Positions 1 to 8,949 of a stretch of DNA of 64,000 nucleotides are shown piece by piece. The notes beneath the pieces are model-generated. The model saw only the letters and a list, made by a program, of their open reading frames with translations, did no database searches and was not told the origin of the DNA. Every line of letters starts with the position of its first letter. Position 1 is the first letter of the stretch. The stretch covers positions 181,232 to 245,231 of the forward strand of contig MFCA01000025.1 in assembly GCA_001775095.1 (NCBI GenBank). Direction: 5' to 3'. The translations under genes were made by a program, and so were the position numbers. The stretch comes from Candidatus Curtissbacteria bacterium RIFOXYA1_FULL_41_14. Its GTDB lineage: Bacteria > Patescibacteriota > Microgenomatia > Curtissbacterales > GWA2-41-24.

Positions 1-382
1 AGGAGTTTCCAGTTTCTCCAGGCAGGGCCGTACCCGGAAAATGGGCAAGGGACTTATCAAATTTGAGATTATCTACTTGAACTTGGGCATTTTCAATTTC
101 AAGCTTTGGGATTGTTATTTGAAATTCCTGGGGTCTTTCACCTTGTGGCTTGTAATTGGTAGTGAAGTATGAAAAACCGTCCGGATCCTGGGCCACCTGG
201 ACATTAACAGCTAAAGTACTGCTTGCGGAGAGAACCTTTCCTGTGGGAATTGGAAATTCGTCTATTTTGGCAGTAAGCCTTGAAGCCGTAGTTAACTGCC
301 AGGAAAAATATGGCCAAAGCGCAAATATTAAAGACAAGAGACCAACTAACGAGATAAGAGAGAAGAAAAACCTGTCGCCCAT
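1..382 (-). CDS. Sortase family transpeptidase, partial (C-terminus runs off the window start)
   Basis: Manual minus-strand translation from the ATG at 382: MGDRFFFSLISLVGLLSLIFALWPYF... (TM anchor) followed by ...ITIPKLEIENAQVQVDNLKFDKSLAHFPGTALPGETGN, the conserved sortase N-terminal beta-strand and PGE-GN motif. Absent from the ORF track because no stop lies in the window. The plus-strand ORF 156..401 is its shadow. Confidence 0.6.
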   Translation of the reverse strand, partial: MGDRFFFSLISLVGLLSLIFALWPYFSWQLTTASRLTAKIDEFPIPTGKVLSASSTLAVNVQVAQDPDGFSYFTTNYKPQGERPQEFQITIPKLEIENAQVQVDNLKFDKSLAHFPGTALPGETGNS

Positions 383-472
383 TCGCTTACGCTCAGGGTA
401 AACTGCCTGCTTTTGAACTTTCGGCGGTTTTCGATAAACCGGGGGTTTTTTAATATAGACGGCCAAACTCAC

Positions 473-2662
473 TCAACTTGATTCTATTTTAAATGTGATT
501 TTAGATTTATTGCGCGGGATTGAACTGAAAAGAGGCAAATTCGGCGAAAAATCTACAACTACATCATTTACCTGGGGTATTTCCTTGATTATTGCCCTAG
601 TTTCTTTGATTCCCTTACCGGCGATTTTCTCTCGTAAATCATCCTCATTAAATTTTGGTACCAGTCCCACTTGGTATTTACCGGTGAGGTTGAGTGAGAG
701 ATCTTTTCTTTTAACATTCACATCCATAATTTCGACGTTTTCCTCTCTTGCCTGAAGATTTTCAGGGAGATCTTCGGTAGATTCAGCCAGTAATTTTTTT
801 AACTCGGACTCATTATAAACAATACCTGAAGCCTCAACTTCCATGTCGAGATTTAAAAGTGAAGCTTCCTCATCTACCTTTTTATCGAAAATCTTCTTTA
901 AAACTTTAACTATAACTATTTCCTCGGGTAATTTTTGGCCTGAAGTTTTACTTTTAAGATCAGCCTTTGCTTTCTCTGTCAGTGAATCAGTTAAATCTTT
1001 GGTGAGTCTATCCTGATCCTCCTGGGAAACTACTGTTATTTGTCTTTCTTCCCCGCCGGAAAAAGCTTCATCATTGTGTGCCGAATATAAAAGTTCATCG
1101 TACTGTTGAAAGGTGAAATCATTCCCTGCTCCAATATTGCCGCTGGTTCCAAATTCCTGGGCTTTAACAGCGGCTTTATTCTGACCGGGTGTTGAGGCAC
1201 TTCGGGAGGCAACTTCAATATCCCCCTCCAGAGTAAATTGAACCCCGTCTTTGGAAATGATAACTGCCTGAGAGGCAAAATTTTTAGGTGCAGTTGTCCA
1301 GTTTAAAACAGTAACTTCGCCGTGGGCATATTCTCCTAATTTTTTACTACCCGTGGTGACAGCTTTTTGATTTCCACTAGCTTGGACGGTTATTTCTTGG
1401 GCACCTATCTGACCTTCGGAAGCGTTAAGTGAACTACCCGGCAGCGCGCTGACGTTGAAATTATCCTCTTGGGGTTTTGCATCAACAATAATGCGCACTT
1501 GGGCTTCCGTTAATGTTTGGGCGGCAACAAAGGAGCCAATTAAGGCAATAATCAATAAGATACCCAAGATAATTAATAAATTCTTAAGAGGCGGTCTTTT
1601 TTTAAAGGCACCCAAAACCTTAGGCAGCCAGCCGACAGTCATTAAGTCCTGGGCAAAGTCTGACTTTTCGCTTGGTTCTGTTTCAACTCGCCGCGCAGCA
1701 GGTCCTGGTGTTTCGACAGCATATTCTTCTTCGGTATCCTTGGATGTTTTTTCTTCCAAATCGGCTGAGGGCTCTTTTTCCAAAGGAGATTCTTCCGGTT
1801 CCGATTCCTCCCCGGCCTTTTCCAGTAAAACATCCTCACCCTCAACGAATCCTAGTTCATCTGCACCTTTGCCAATTTTTTCTTTTTTTTCTCGTCTGTC
1901 AGCAACTAAGGAGCCTATAGTCGGCTCGTACCCCAATATATCTTGTGCCTGAGCATAGGCAATTGATTTTGCAAGATCCTCATCGCTTACTAGATCAATC
2001 CTTGGCTCCTGTACGAAAAGATCATGCCAGTCGGATTGCGAAAGTTTCTTGAAAATCTGAGAGCCTTCATCTGGTCCATAGATGATAATGCGCGATGGCA
2101 AGTCTGTGCCCTCTTCTTTTAATCTGCCAGCCAGCTGAAGAATTTTTTCAACGGTAGGTTGTGATTTAACAGTCTGACTTTTGACAACTTTATCGTTTTT
2201 TACTAGGTGAATTTCACAAAAATCTCCTAAAATACCAACTAAAAGAGCACTGGGTGTTGTCGATTCTTTAACTTTTAATAAGTGATTTAAACCAGATGCA
2301 AGTGATATAAAGGCTTGAGGATCAAGCTCTAAATCTTGGGCCAAATTTTTAAGAATTTTTGACGTGGCAGCTGAGGGTTCACCATCTTCAAACCAGTAGT
2401 GAGAAAGCCCGAAAACCGTCTGGGAAACATCGCTTTTAGCTTGTTCTGCCGCCGTATCAATGGCTGCCGCTGCCTGGTGAATAAGATTATCTGTATTTGT
2501 AAATGCCCTGTGGCTATATCCTAGAATTTCAACTTCATTTTGCAAATTAAAAGTCCATATGCAGACCAGGATTTTGTCGGGTGTTAAAGAAAGGGAAAGG
2601 TAGTTTTCTGAAGCACCTGTTTCTTTTTTAAAGGGTTTACCGATTATTCCCAAAAGTCCCAT
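473..2662 (-). CDS. PilM-like actin-fold domain fused to an acidic linker, a TM helix and a large extracytoplasmic domain (type IV pilus assembly-like fusion protein)
   Basis: The N-terminus (MGLLGIIGKPF...ENYLSLSLTPDKILVCIW...) resembles the PilM/FtsA actin-like fold. A long E/K/S-rich low-complexity segment follows, then one TM helix (LLIILGILLIIALIGSFVAA) and a ~380 aa C-terminal domain. 729 aa. Confidence 0.45.
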   Translation of the reverse strand: MGLLGIIGKPFKKETGASENYLSLSLTPDKILVCIWTFNLQNEVEILGYSHRAFTNTDNLIHQAAAAIDTAAEQAKSDVSQTVFGLSHYWFEDGEPSAATSKILKNLAQDLELDPQAFISLASGLNHLLKVKESTTPSALLVGILGDFCEIHLVKNDKVVKSQTVKSQPTVEKILQLAGRLKEEGTDLPSRIIIYGPDEGSQIFKKLSQSDWHDLFVQEPRIDLVSDEDLAKSIAYAQAQDILGYEPTIGSLVADRREKKEKIGKGADELGFVEGEDVLLEKAGEESEPEESPLEKEPSADLEEKTSKDTEEEYAVETPGPAARRVETEPSEKSDFAQDLMTVGWLPKVLGAFKKRPPLKNLLIILGILLIIALIGSFVAAQTLTEAQVRIIVDAKPQEDNFNVSALPGSSLNASEGQIGAQEITVQASGNQKAVTTGSKKLGEYAHGEVTVLNWTTAPKNFASQAVIISKDGVQFTLEGDIEVASRSASTPGQNKAAVKAQEFGTSGNIGAGNDFTFQQYDELLYSAHNDEAFSGGEERQITVVSQEDQDRLTKDLTDSLTEKAKADLKSKTSGQKLPEEIVIVKVLKKIFDKKVDEEASLLNLDMEVEASGIVYNESELKKLLAESTEDLPENLQAREENVEIMDVNVKRKDLSLNLTGKYQVGLVPKFNEDDLREKIAGKGIKETRAIIKEIPQVNDVVVDFSPNLPLFSSIPRNKSKITFKIESS

Positions 2663-2697
2663 AAAGTTTATCTAATTATAACAAGTGCAAAAAATTT

Positions 2698-3417
2698 TTA
2701 CTCCGTCTCGGGGATTGATTCTTCTGCTTGATCAGTAGCTTGTGGAAGGTCGGCAAATCCACCAGTGGTTCTTTTGGGCAGAGGCACTGGTTCTTCAACT
2801 TGTATCTCGTTAGCGTCATCGATTTTTACCGGTTCATTTGGTTTTTTACCCAATACGAAAAACCAGACCACAAATAATATAACTGCTACCAGAACTAGGG
2901 AAAAAATAACTATAGCTACAAGTCTTAATTTCTTAATCAGTGAGGGGGGTTCTTGGGGCGACTGGGGTATGTTTTGGTCTGACGAGCCTTGCTGTTTCTG
3001 GGCCACAAATGGGGTCGGATCCGGTTGGCTTGGGGCAACTTGTGTAATTTCACTGGAAGGAGAAGTTTCTTGTTGTGAGGTTAGGTCAGCTATTAGTGGA
3101 GGAACAGGAGGTTTAAATGAAGAAAGATTAGGACCAGCGGCAGAAGGTTCTTGAGGTAATGGCACAGGGGGTAGTCCCTGTGACGGTGACAGTGGTGATG
3201 GCGGGGATAAGGGTTTTTCCGGTATTTTTGGTAAGGTGCTGGGAGAGGGATTGATCGGGGGCGAAGCCGGAGCTGGTGGTTGTTTAAACACACCATCTTC
3301 CTCGCCTGCTACGACAAATTGACCTGGTTGAATTGGGCTTTTGGACAGCGGGGATCCGCCTGTGGGCATATTGGGGCTTTGCGGATTTTGATTGTTTTTT
3401 GGGGCAGATGGGTCCAT
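2698..3417 (-). CDS. Proline-rich membrane-anchored protein (hypothetical)
   Basis: 239 aa with extreme P/S/Q low complexity (PPVPLPQEPSAAGPN...) and a single C-terminal TM helix (LVAIVIFSLVLVAVILFVVWFFVLG). No recognisable catalytic domain. Confidence 0.45.
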   Translation of the reverse strand: MDPSAPKNNQNPQSPNMPTGGSPLSKSPIQPGQFVVAGEEDGVFKQPPAPASPPINPSPSTLPKIPEKPLSPPSPLSPSQGLPPVPLPQEPSAAGPNLSSFKPPVPPLIADLTSQQETSPSSEITQVAPSQPDPTPFVAQKQQGSSDQNIPQSPQEPPSLIKKLRLVAIVIFSLVLVAVILFVVWFFVLGKKPNEPVKIDDANEIQVEEPVPLPKRTTGGFADLPQATDQAEESIPETE

Positions 3418-3563
3418 TTATCGTTCCCTTCGGTCACAATTTCCAATTTCCATTTTCCAATTTTCGTTTTTCCGAAAATACGCTCTCGTATTTCCAATGA
3501 TTGAGCTTCTGGATTTATATTTATTTGAAATTTGACATTTGAAATTTGACATTTGAAATTATT
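3418..3563. repeat. AT-rich intergenic block with tandem repeats (14-bp ATTTGAAATTTGAC x2.5; TTCCAATTT-type repeats); one member of the recurrent AT-rich element family
   Basis: The direct repeat gaaatttgacatttgaaatttgacatttgaaatt and aatttccaatttccattttccaatttt are seen in sequence. The block lies between the alaS stop and the start of the downstream minus-strand gene. Confidence 0.6.
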
Positions 3564-5330
3564 TTACTTATTTATTGTAGCATATATTCTTCTAATTCCT
3601 GAACCTAATGACTCTTCTTTTATTATTTTAAATTTACCCAGCTTTCCGGTTGTTTTTGCATGAGGACCACCGCAAAATTCTTTGGAAAAAGCATCTTCGA
3701 TTTTATCTGTCGGTGAGATATAGTAAACGCTGACTAAATCGCCATATTTTTGCGCAAATAAGCCAATCGCTCCGGCCTCTTGGGCAGCTTCTTTGGGTAT
3801 AGTCTTTTGATAAACTTTAAGATCATTCTTAATTTTCTGATTGACAATATTTTCGACTTTTTTGATCTCGTTATCGGTTAATTTTTCTTGGTGGCTAAAA
3901 TCGAACCTTAATCTTTCTTCGGTAATATGAGACCCGGCTTGATGGACATGCGTGCCCAGGACTTCTCGAAGCGCCTGATGCAGTAGATGAGTAGCGGTGT
4001 GAAGTTTGACAGTTTTATCTGATTGACTTACCAAACCTCCTTTAGTTTTTTGACCAGCCTTCTGGGAAAGTTTCTGGTGTGCTCTAAATTCTTTCTCAAA
4101 ACCAACTATGTCTATCTTTTTGTTATTTTCCTCAGCAAGTTCTATGGTTAATTCAATTGGGAAACCATAGTTTTGATAAAGATCGAAAGCATACCGGCCG
4201 CTGATGTCGCCTTTTATCTTTTCAAACTGCCGGATACCTGAAGCAAGTGCCTTTTTAAATTTGTCTTCCTCTTTGGCAAGTTCCTCTAAAATTGTAGCTT
4301 GAAATTCCCCAAGATTTGGATAAATTTCGCCATAAGTCTTAATAACAATTTTAGCCAAATCATTTAAGAAATCCCTTTTAATTTGTAAAAGGGCAGCATG
4401 ACGAATCGCTCTTCTTACTAAACGCCTGAGAACATAACCGCGCTCTACATTTGAAGGAATAACTCCATCTAATATTAGAAAAACAGCTGCTCTCAGATGG
4501 TCAGCTACTATGCGAGCTGATTTTACATTGAAGTTTTCAGATAAATCTTCGATTTTTTTGGCAAGAGGCAAGAAAACATCAATTTCGTAAATCGAGGGGG
4601 TATTTTGAAGAACCATCAATATGCGTTCCAGACCCATACCAGTATCGACATTTTTTTGCTTAAGAGGCCTAAAACTTCCATCGGCCTGACGATCGTACTG
4701 CATAAAAACATCGTTCCAAATTTCGACAAATCGATTTGAATTTCCGGCCGGATCAACTTTTCCTTGACTTGGATTCAGGTCATAAAACATTTCGGTGTCC
4801 GGGCCGCAAGGACCTGTCTGGCCAATCGGTCCCCACCAATTTTGACTCTTGCCATATTTAAAGATATGATCCTCGTTTACCCCAAGTTTTCGCCAGATTT
4901 CGAATGACTCTTGATCAAATGGGGCATCGTTATCACCGGCAAAGACCGAAACATAAATCCTTTTGGAATCAAGTTTTAAGAAGTTTATTAAAAATTCATA
5001 CGACCAGGAAATTGTTTTTTCTTTCCAATAGTCGCCCAGCGACCAATTGCCCAGCATTTCGAAAAAAGTATTATGGACATTATCCCCAACATCTTCAATG
5101 TCATCAGTTCGCAGGCACCTCTGGATATTGACAAGTCTTTGACCTTCTGGATGGGACTGGCCTAAAAGATAAGGAACTAGGGGGTGCATGCCGGCAGTTG
5201 TGAAAAGAACACGTTGAGTCGGGGCAAACTCAACATTTTCCAGAGGGACCAGAGATGCAGATGGAATAATTTTATGCCCTTTCTCTTCAAAAAATTTAAG
5301 AAATTTCTGGCGAAGTTCAATAGATTTCAT
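3564..5330 (-). CDS. alaS: Alanine--tRNA ligase (catalytic and editing domains; lacks the C-terminal C-Ala domain)
   Basis: N-terminal MKSIELRQKFLKFFEEKGHKIIPSASLVP...FTTAGM... and the editing-domain zinc motif HTATHLLHQALREVLGTHVHQAGS...CGGPH. At 588 aa it is shorter than canonical AlaRS. Confidence 0.9.
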   Translation of the reverse strand: MKSIELRQKFLKFFEEKGHKIIPSASLVPLENVEFAPTQRVLFTTAGMHPLVPYLLGQSHPEGQRLVNIQRCLRTDDIEDVGDNVHNTFFEMLGNWSLGDYWKEKTISWSYEFLINFLKLDSKRIYVSVFAGDNDAPFDQESFEIWRKLGVNEDHIFKYGKSQNWWGPIGQTGPCGPDTEMFYDLNPSQGKVDPAGNSNRFVEIWNDVFMQYDRQADGSFRPLKQKNVDTGMGLERILMVLQNTPSIYEIDVFLPLAKKIEDLSENFNVKSARIVADHLRAAVFLILDGVIPSNVERGYVLRRLVRRAIRHAALLQIKRDFLNDLAKIVIKTYGEIYPNLGEFQATILEELAKEEDKFKKALASGIRQFEKIKGDISGRYAFDLYQNYGFPIELTIELAEENNKKIDIVGFEKEFRAHQKLSQKAGQKTKGGLVSQSDKTVKLHTATHLLHQALREVLGTHVHQAGSHITEERLRFDFSHQEKLTDNEIKKVENIVNQKIKNDLKVYQKTIPKEAAQEAGAIGLFAQKYGDLVSVYYISPTDKIEDAFSKEFCGGPHAKTTGKLGKFKIIKEESLGSGIRRIYATINK

Positions 5331-5383
5331 AGTTGCTTAATTATATAAAAATTATAATGAATATAAAGATTATAGTGAAATTT

Positions 5384-5746
5384 TTAAGATTCAGCGCGAT
5401 GGCGGCGGAAGAAGAAGCGGCGGCCTCTTTTTTGAATTTCAGCAATTTGGGATGGAATTTGGGCAGAAACATCTTCGACTTTTGACTTGACTTCCCGGAT
5501 TCCTTCCTCAATTTTATCCCGAACTTGTTGACTTTCTTCTTGTATATCTGGCTCTGCTTCTTCTAACTTTTTAATACCCTCCTGGACATTTTCCCCCATT
5601 TTTTCCAGAAGCTTGGCACCGTCTTTTAAGAATTGCTCTTTAATTTTTTGACCGTCTTTGGTACCAAAAAGATAGGTTAGGGCAGCTCCAATAACTACGC
5701 CGGCGATAAAAGTTGCAAGATTATTACCTTGCCTCTGATCGTTCAT
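5384..5746 (-). CDS. YtxH-like protein
   Basis: N-terminal hydrophobic segment (LATFIAGVVIGAALTYLFGTKDGQKIKEQ) followed by a charged coiled region, the typical YtxH architecture. Overlaps the upstream DUF948-like ORF by 4 bp. Confidence 0.55.
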   Translation of the reverse strand: MNDQRQGNNLATFIAGVVIGAALTYLFGTKDGQKIKEQFLKDGAKLLEKMGENVQEGIKKLEEAEPDIQEESQQVRDKIEEGIREVKSKVEDVSAQIPSQIAEIQKRGRRFFFRRHRAES

Positions 5747-6036
5747 TTTCCTTTTGTCCCCTCTGTCCCTTTTGTGTCTTTTGACCCCTTTTTCAAAAGA
5801 TGTGCAATACCAACACCGGCGGCCATAGCAGTAAATAAATTGCCGGCAGATTCGATTGGTTTTTTAACCTGGCCGACCAAATCATCGGCATCGTCAAAAA
5901 GTCTGTTTAAACGAAACAACGTTCTTCTAAGATCCTTAAGGACGAAATAGACCTGGAAGCCAATTACCACTAAAAAAACTGTTAAAACAATGATTACAGC
6001 AAGAAGAACTATTTGAGTGCTATCGACGGGCAGCAT
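5743..6036 (-). CDS. DUF948-like small membrane protein
   Basis: 97 aa with an N-terminal TM helix followed by a coiled segment. DUF948 proteins commonly precede ytxH. Confidence 0.5.
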   Translation of the reverse strand: MLPVDSTQIVLLAVIIVLTVFLVVIGFQVYFVLKDLRRTLFRLNRLFDDADDLVGQVKKPIESAGNLFTAMAAGVGIAHLLKKGSKDTKGTEGTKGK

Positions 6037-6087
6037 AATAGTTAGTCAAAGTCAACAGTCAAAGTTAAAAGTGACTCTGACTTATTG

Positions 6088-6117
6088 TGTATACTTCAAT
6101 TCCCTACTTCTTGTCAA
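6088..6117 (-). promoter_or_regulatory. Candidate sigma70-like promoter (TTGACA-N18-TATACA on the minus strand) upstream of the DUF948-ytxH-alaS gene string
   Basis: Minus strand reads TTGACAagaagtagggaattgaagTATACA. A hairpin follows (agtcagagtcacttttaactttgact). Confidence 0.3.
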
Positions 6118-6162
6118 TTCCTGGGAACTTGATAAGTTTATGTCATCAGATAAAAGGGGGTT

Positions 6163-6786
6163 TTAGCGAACCAGGCGAATTGTGCGGGTGGCTTTGGATT
6201 TTGGGGAAAGGCGTTTGGAGGCGATTATTTCTATGATGTTTTGACCGTCTTTAAGTTCTAGCTGGTAGGAAAAGTTACCCACCTCGTCTATTGGCACAAA
6301 CATACCTTCTATAGCAACTTGCGCATCTTTTTGGGTTTGTCCAGAAATCACCACGTAGGGAATAGATGTTGTTGAATCATCTTGCGGTGCGTAAATTTCC
6401 AGTTTTGGTGCAGATAGCAATGATAAATATTGAACTGTTAAGTAACCAACAAAGGTAAATACTACTGCGAAAATGGTAATTGTTAATAACTTATTGTATG
6501 TAAACACTATTTTTTTAGGCCGTCTTATGACTGCCTTGGAAGGGTATTTCTTTTCATCGTACTCCCTCCTGTAAAGTGCAGTCATGTGACTGGGGTCAAG
6601 ACCTAAATACGCCGCATAACTTTTAATAAAGCCTTTAACAAAAGGGGGCTCAGGCAAATTTTGCCAATCTCCTGCCTCAAGAGCCTCTAAATATTCTTTT
6701 TTAATGTGCAAGTCCCGGGCTATCTTTTCCAGAGAATACTTTTTTATGCGTCTTTGCGAAGAAAAAACCTCGCTCGTGGTCTTCAT
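6163..6786 (-). CDS. RodZ-like cytoskeleton protein (N-terminal HTH, TM segment, C-terminal domain)
   Basis: HTH-like N-terminus (LEKIARDLHIKKEYLEALEAGDWQNLPEPPFVKGFIKSYAAYLGLD) resembles RodZ. A TM helix (LLTITIFAVVFTFVGYLTV) and an extracytoplasmic tail follow. Confidence 0.55.
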   Translation of the reverse strand: MKTTSEVFSSQRRIKKYSLEKIARDLHIKKEYLEALEAGDWQNLPEPPFVKGFIKSYAAYLGLDPSHMTALYRREYDEKKYPSKAVIRRPKKIVFTYNKLLTITIFAVVFTFVGYLTVQYLSLLSAPKLEIYAPQDDSTTSIPYVVISGQTQKDAQVAIEGMFVPIDEVGNFSYQLELKDGQNIIEIIASKRLSPKSKATRTIRLVR

Positions 6787-6799
6787 GAATTTTTTATAA

Positions 6800-8905
6800 T
6801 CAGGAGGCTTGGGTTTGGGCCTGTATGTATTCCTCAGCGTCTTTTACCAGGACATCGCGGGGTTTTGATCCCTCACCCGGACCAACAATTCCAGCCATTT
6901 CTAACTCATCCAAAAGCCTGGCGGCTCGAGCGTAACCAATACGAAGTCTTCTCTGTAGAAGTGATGCGGAAGCCCTATCATATTGGCAAATTGTCCTCAC
7001 GGCCTCTTCGAAAAATTCATCCTTTGCACCCCCAGTTACGCCAGCAATTTTACCAACAGGCATTTGAGTAACTTCTTCGGTATATTCCGGCTCAATACCT
7101 GATCTTTTGAGAAAGGTAATTAAATTCCTTATCTCGGTATCCGAAACATAAATACCCTGAATTCTTGAAGGTTTTGAAGCATCAGGCGGCACGTAAAGCA
7201 TGTCGCCTTTTCCTAACAACTTCTCGGCACCGGGCTGATCGAGTATAACTCTTGAGTCGACCATTGAAGATACATTAAAGGCAATTCTGCAAGGAATATT
7301 AGCCTTAATTAGTCCAGTAATAACGTCGACAGATGGTCTTTGGGTTGCAACCACCAAATGGACACCGGTGGCCCTAGCCATAGCGGCAAGCCTAACGATG
7401 GCATTTTCAACCTCAACAGGGGCAAATTCCATTAAGTTTTGCAATTCGTCAACAATAATAATGATGTAGGGAAGTGCTTGAAAACCAGAAAGTTCATTAT
7501 ACCCGTTTATATTTCTAACCTGGGCTTCATGAAAGAGTCTGTAGCGTCTATCCATTTCCTGCATAGCCCATTTTAGAGCAGATAGAATTTTTTCAGGCTC
7601 AATAATAACTGGTGTTAATAGGTGAGGAATATCATTATATTCAGAAAGTTCAACACGCTTCGGGTCAACTAGAATAAGCTTAACTTCATGCGGGCTAGCT
7701 CTAAAAAGTAAAGTTGCGATAAAAGAATTTAAAAGAACCGATTTTCCCGAACCGGTCGTGCCGGCGATTAGAACATGGGGCATTCTAGCTATATCGGAAA
7801 TAACTGTGTTGCCTGAAACATCCAAGCCGAGAGCAACTGCCAACTTAGACTTATTGGTACGCAGAGAATCGTCCATCAAAGCATTTTTAAGAGTCACCAT
7901 TTCCGGGCTAAGATTGGGGATTTCTACTCCGACTAGGGATTTTCCGGGAATTGGTGCTTCAATTCTGACATTACCTGTTGAGGTTGCCAAAGCTAGTGCA
8001 AGGTCGTTTTGCAGTGCCAGAACTTTGGAGAGTTTTATGCCCATAGGAATTTCTAGGGCATACTGGGTGACAGTCGGACCAGGATTAACTTCAACAACTT
8101 TGGCGGTTATTCCAAAACTTTCAAGTGTCTTTTCAATTGTTTGGGCGTTATGTTTGACATTACCACGATTCGCAGACAGGCCTTTTGAATCATTAAGAAG
8201 AGATAAGGGAGGATATTGCCAGGCTTGGGTTTGTCCAGGCGCGTTGACGACTACGCTTTGGCCCAAGCCAACGTCTTTTTCTAAAGGTCGATCCTGCGAT
8301 CTTTGCTTCTGATCAACTCTATCGGTTGGCGACTTGATAACAAATTTAGGTTTTCCTAAGCCCAATAATTTAAATATTTTCTCTTGAGAGGACTTCGTTA
8401 GTTTTTTTAATTTTGTGTAAATAGTAACAATTGCATTGACTGCTTGATCGAAACTTGTGTTAAGCGCAATTATCAAAGAGATAAAAAAGGCAAAGAAGAG
8501 TACAAAAAAAGCTCCAACAGGAGTCACCAATGATTTAATAACCAGCCATAAATTAGAACCTAGAAGCCCGGCGAGATTTTCTCCAAAAATAGACATTAGT
8601 GCAATAAATGAAAGCAAGACGCCTAACGAGCCAAGTATTATATTTGGTTTGGAAAAACGGCTTTTTACACCAAGCAATGGTAAGCTAAATGTAATTATCA
8701 AGAATGGAACCAGAAACACGCCAATACCAAACAAATTGTCGAAGTAATCATGAAGCGAAAGTAAAATACCGGTTTGAGTAAAAAAGGATAGAAGAAGAAG
8801 TAAAGATCCTGCCAGCAATACAAAACCTATTATGGTAGAAATTGTTTTCTTCTCGAGAGAAAGTGGCGGATTTTTGTATTTCTTATATCTTCTCATTCTG
8901 GGCAT
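6800..8905 (-). CDS. ftsK: DNA translocase FtsK/SpoIIIE
   Basis: N-terminal TM segments, the motor domain with Walker A GTTGSGKS, and a C-terminal gamma (winged-helix) domain ...LLQRRLRIGYARAARLLDELEMAGIV. Confidence 0.9.
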   Translation of the reverse strand: MPRMRRYKKYKNPPLSLEKKTISTIIGFVLLAGSLLLLLSFFTQTGILLSLHDYFDNLFGIGVFLVPFLIITFSLPLLGVKSRFSKPNIILGSLGVLLSFIALMSIFGENLAGLLGSNLWLVIKSLVTPVGAFFVLFFAFFISLIIALNTSFDQAVNAIVTIYTKLKKLTKSSQEKIFKLLGLGKPKFVIKSPTDRVDQKQRSQDRPLEKDVGLGQSVVVNAPGQTQAWQYPPLSLLNDSKGLSANRGNVKHNAQTIEKTLESFGITAKVVEVNPGPTVTQYALEIPMGIKLSKVLALQNDLALALATSTGNVRIEAPIPGKSLVGVEIPNLSPEMVTLKNALMDDSLRTNKSKLAVALGLDVSGNTVISDIARMPHVLIAGTTGSGKSVLLNSFIATLLFRASPHEVKLILVDPKRVELSEYNDIPHLLTPVIIEPEKILSALKWAMQEMDRRYRLFHEAQVRNINGYNELSGFQALPYIIIIVDELQNLMEFAPVEVENAIVRLAAMARATGVHLVVATQRPSVDVITGLIKANIPCRIAFNVSSMVDSRVILDQPGAEKLLGKGDMLYVPPDASKPSRIQGIYVSDTEIRNLITFLKRSGIEPEYTEEVTQMPVGKIAGVTGGAKDEFFEEAVRTICQYDRASASLLQRRLRIGYARAARLLDELEMAGIVGPGEGSKPRDVLVKDAEEYIQAQTQAS

Positions 8906-8949
8906 ATATTTAATTTTACCTTAAATGTCATTAAATTGCTATAGGGTAC

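Noticed and set aside
156-401. Plus-strand 81-aa ORF at the window start
   Set aside because: The opposite strand encodes a clear sortase N-terminal region (TM plus conserved beta-strand motifs), so this is a shadow ORF.
3500-3563. Short tandem repeats (ATTTGAAATTTGAC x2.5) considered as a possible CRISPR array
   Set aside because: There are only about 2.5 copies of a 14-bp AT-rich unit, with no unique spacers and no cas genes nearby. Simple tandem repeat.
7758-8312. 184-aa plus-strand ORF inside ftsK, and similar antisense ORFs (1455..1952 in the PilM-like gene, 21924..22358 in dnaK, 40789..41271 in the AddA-like gene, 15772..16047 in infB, 16171..16476 in nusA)
   Set aside because: Each is fully embedded antisense in a gene with strong, collinear family motifs. 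Composition-driven shadow ORFs.
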